Source of the DNA: Nitrosopumilus sp.
GTDB lineage: Archaea > Thermoproteota > Nitrososphaeria > Nitrososphaerales > Nitrosopumilaceae
Direction of reading: 5' to 3'
Assembly (NCBI GenBank): GCA_965219345.1
Contig: OZ244732.1
Coordinates: 896,001 to 960,000 of the forward strand
Length of the DNA stretch: 64,000 bases
Shown one piece after another: positions 61,651 through 64,000 of the stretch. The notes beneath the pieces were generated by a model. That model saw only the letters and a program-made list of their open reading frames with translations, had not been told where the DNA came from and did no database searches. A program made the position numbers and the translations under genes. Within the stretch, counting starts at the first letter, position 1. Every line of letters begins with the position of its first letter.

Positions 61651-62115
61651 ATGACACAAGCAATTAAAATCTCAACTGAACAGATGCGTATGATATCTCT
61701 TTTCCAAAATGTTACAGGCGCAACTGCACGTGATTGTATTGAAGATGAAAAACAAGATAGAGTAATTTTTGTAGTCAATTCTGATAAAATGGGTTTAGCA
61801 ATTGGCAAAGGCGGTGTTCATATCAAATCATTACACAATATTCTCAAAAGGAATGTTGAACTAGTCGAATTTGATGAAGATCCAGCAAAATTTTTGACTA
61901 ATTTACTTAATTCAAAACTAGTTTCTGAAGTAAAAATAAATACACGACCAGATGGGTCAAAACAGGCAATTGTTATGGTAGACCCCAGAAAGAAAGGAAT
62001 TGTTGTTGGAAGAGAAGGTAGGAATGCTGAGAAAGCAAGGCTACTTGCAAAACGATATTTTAACATTACAAACGTACTGATTAACAGTCCAGAACGGACA
62101 ACATTGGAGATGTAA
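61651..62115 (+). CDS. nusA: archaeal NusA
   Basis: KH motifs GLAIGKGG and VVGREGRN. Confidence 0.95.
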   Translation: MTQAIKISTEQMRMISLFQNVTGATARDCIEDEKQDRVIFVVNSDKMGLAIGKGGVHIKSLHNILKRNVELVEFDEDPAKFLTNLLNSKLVSEVKINTRPDGSKQAIVMVDPRKKGIVVGREGRNAEKARLLAKRYFNITNVLINSPERTTLEM

Positions 62116-62118
62116 TAT

Positions 62119-62556
62119 ATGAGAAAATCACCTCTTGGATTATTTGCTGGTAGAGTTTTGACCGCTAAGAAAAAGAAACAGAGATGGGCAATATCCACTT
62201 ACAAAAGAAGAAAACTTGGCATTGATAAAAAATCTGATCCTCTTGGAGGTGCACCTCAAGCAAGAGGCATTGTTTTAGAAAAAGTAGGTATTGCAGCAAA
62301 ACAACCAAACTCTGCTATAAGAAAATGTGTTAGAGTTCAATTAATTAAAAATGGTAAGACAGTTACAGCATTTTTGCCACGAGATGGTGCAATGAACTTC
62401 ATTGATGAACACGATGAGGTACACATTCAAGGCATGGGTGCAACACAAGGTGGTGCGATGGGAGATATTCCTGGCGTTAGATTCAAAGTTTTCAAAGTTA
62501 ATGATACATCACTTCACGAGTTAGTAATTGGCAAGAAAGAGAAACCAAGGAGATAG
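62119..62556 (+). CDS. rps12: 30S ribosomal protein S12
   Basis: [25 protein letters not shown]. Confidence 0.98.
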   Translation: MRKSPLGLFAGRVLTAKKKKQRWAISTYKRRKLGIDKKSDPLGGAPQARGIVLEKVGIAAKQPNSAIRKCVRVQLIKNGKTVTAFLPRDGAMNFIDEHDEVHIQGMGATQGGAMGDIPGVRFKVFKVNDTSLHELVIGKKEKPRR

Positions 62557-62558
62557 AA

Positions 62559-63158
62559 ATGGCACAAACAAAGAACTTGTTATTATTTAGAAAATGGAAT
62601 TTGTCAGATATTGAGGTAAAAGATCCTGGATTAAAGACTGCAATCTCATTGAGAAAACAAATTTTACCATATACATTTGGTCGTTCTGCACTAAAGAGAT
62701 TCAACAAAGCTGAGGTTAATCTTGTTGAACGATTAATCAACAAGACAATGCACTTTGGAAAGAAATATGCAAAGAACACAGGAAGAATGACTGGAAAAAA
62801 GACCAAAGTTCTCAATACTGTAAAGACTGCATTTGAAATTATTTCCCTAAAGACTGGACAAAACCCAGTTGAAGTTTTAGTTAGGGCAGTAGAGTTTTCT
62901 GCTCCAAACGAAGACACTACTAGAATTGTTTACGGTGGAACTGTATATCACGTATCAGTTGATGTTGCTCCAATTAGAAGAGTTGACTTGGCTCTAAAAT
63001 TCATCTCAGATGCAATTAAAGAGGCAACATTTTCCAATCCAAAACCAATTGAGGAACACATGGCTGAGCAACTAATCCTTGCAGCTAATAATGACCCAAA
63101 TGCTCCTTCTGTAAAGAAGAAGAATGAGTTAGAACGTATAGCGCAAGCATCAAGATAG
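62559..63158 (+). CDS. rps7: 30S ribosomal protein S7
   Basis: NPVEVLVRAV, VDVAPIRRVDLAL, KKNELERIA. Confidence 0.98.
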   Translation: MAQTKNLLLFRKWNLSDIEVKDPGLKTAISLRKQILPYTFGRSALKRFNKAEVNLVERLINKTMHFGKKYAKNTGRMTGKKTKVLNTVKTAFEIISLKTGQNPVEVLVRAVEFSAPNEDTTRIVYGGTVYHVSVDVAPIRRVDLALKFISDAIKEATFSNPKPIEEHMAEQLILAANNDPNAPSVKKKNELERIAQASR

Positions 63159-63171
63159 AAAATTTTTACAG

Positions 63172-63260
63172 TAGCCCGAGGAAGATTCGAACTCCCGTCT
63201 CCGCCTATCCACTCTTTGAGATCCAGAGGGCAGAATCCTTGACCGCTAGACTATCGGGCT
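63172..63260 (-). tRNA. tRNA-Gln(CUG) with a 16-nt intron at 37/38 (~63207-63222)
   Basis: AGCCCGA...CTGCC-CTCTGG[ATCTCAAAGAGTGGAT]A-GGCGG...TTCGAAT...TCGGGCT-A. Confidence 0.92.
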
Positions 63261-63349
63261 ACCAAAACAAATTCTGGTGTTTTAGAATATAATCATTTAC
63301 TGAAATTCTAACTACATTAATAAAATCTGTAAAATGTGTTATAACTTGA

Positions 63350-64000
63350 TTGTCACAAAAAGAAATTGAAGAATCATTAAATTTGTTAGAAAAAGATTGG
63401 GATATTGATCCAATATTAAGAGAATTTACATTAGGTAAAGTTACTGATGTCTCTGATTATCCCATAAAAGTTAAAGATGTAATCTTTCATGTACCATTTC
63501 TTAATTCTCAAAAGAAATACATCTTATGGAAATGCTATTGGCCTGACTGTCACAACTGCTGTGATAGACAAGGAAGGCTTCCGTTAACTTCGGATGATTT
63601 GATTACTATTGGAAAGGGTTTGAAATATCAAAAAACTTCGGATTTTATTAAAAATGAAACTCTTACTGTAACTTATCAAGAACCAGGACCATCAGGACAG
63701 ATGACAACAATGACTACAATTAATCTAAAAAGAAAGAAAGATGAGACTGAAGCTGATGATGGAACACACATCTCATGTAGATTTTTAGATGAAGAGGGAG
63801 GTTGTGGCATGCATCCTGATAGACCTGGAGTATGCTATCTCTATCCATTTAGTACTTGGCTTGAAAATGAGAAAGGAACTCCCCGTGTACATGCAACTTT
63901 TCAGTTTACTGGTGATTGTCCAGGATTTTATCTTGCAGATAGTTTAGATCCTATGAAGGAAGAATTCAAAGAATATTCAAAAATTATTTATGATTACAAT
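63350..64000 (+). CDS. YkgJ-family cysteine-cluster protein (runs off the window)
   Basis: Manual translation shows C..PDCHNCC, CRFL...C.MH..RP..C..YPF. Confidence 0.85.
   Translation, partial: MSQKEIEESLNLLEKDWDIDPILREFTLGKVTDVSDYPIKVKDVIFHVPFLNSQKKYILWKCYWPDCHNCCDRQGRLPLTSDDLITIGKGLKYQKTSDFIKNETLTVTYQEPGPSGQMTTMTTINLKRKKDETEADDGTHISCRFLDEEGGCGMHPDRPGVCYLYPFSTWLENEKGTPRVHATFQFTGDCPGFYLADSLDPMKEEFKEYSKIIYDYN

Overview
AT-rich chromosome window from an ammonia-oxidising archaeon of the Nitrosopumilaceae (Nitrosopumilus-like). The evidence is a single fused RpoA, PEFG-CTERM and CFI-box-CTERM surface proteins, and larB/mdh/larC/larE synteny. Core blocks lie at about 1-6.7 kb (thiL, phosphomannomutase, tRNA-Thr, AIPR, DoxX), 25-31 kb (rps4/rps13, multicopper oxidase, ZIP and CDF transporters), 36-55.2 kb (radical SAM, lar genes, PEFG-CTERM cluster, rpoHBA) and 58.3-64 kb (Lsm, TPR protein, rpl30e-nusA-rps12-rps7, intron-containing tRNA-Gln). 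Three decayed accessory islands interrupt them, at about 6.7-25 kb, 31.3-35.8 kb and 55.2-58.2 kb. They hold IS6- and IS5-family remnants, four copies of a ~172-bp MITE, toxin-antitoxin genes, integrase fragments and a GC-rich 1801-aa surface protein with 306-bp tandem repeats. Two signals stand out. (i) Two independent structures of an exact 36-bp duplication around a 36/37-bp foreign insert sit in ordinary non-CRISPR DNA and look like off-target Cas1-Cas2 spacer integrations. (ii) Two non-canonical tRNA genes in the islands carry Ile anticodons (GAU, UAU) on a class-II body with a long variable arm, G37 and G73. All calls were made by eye; no searches were run.
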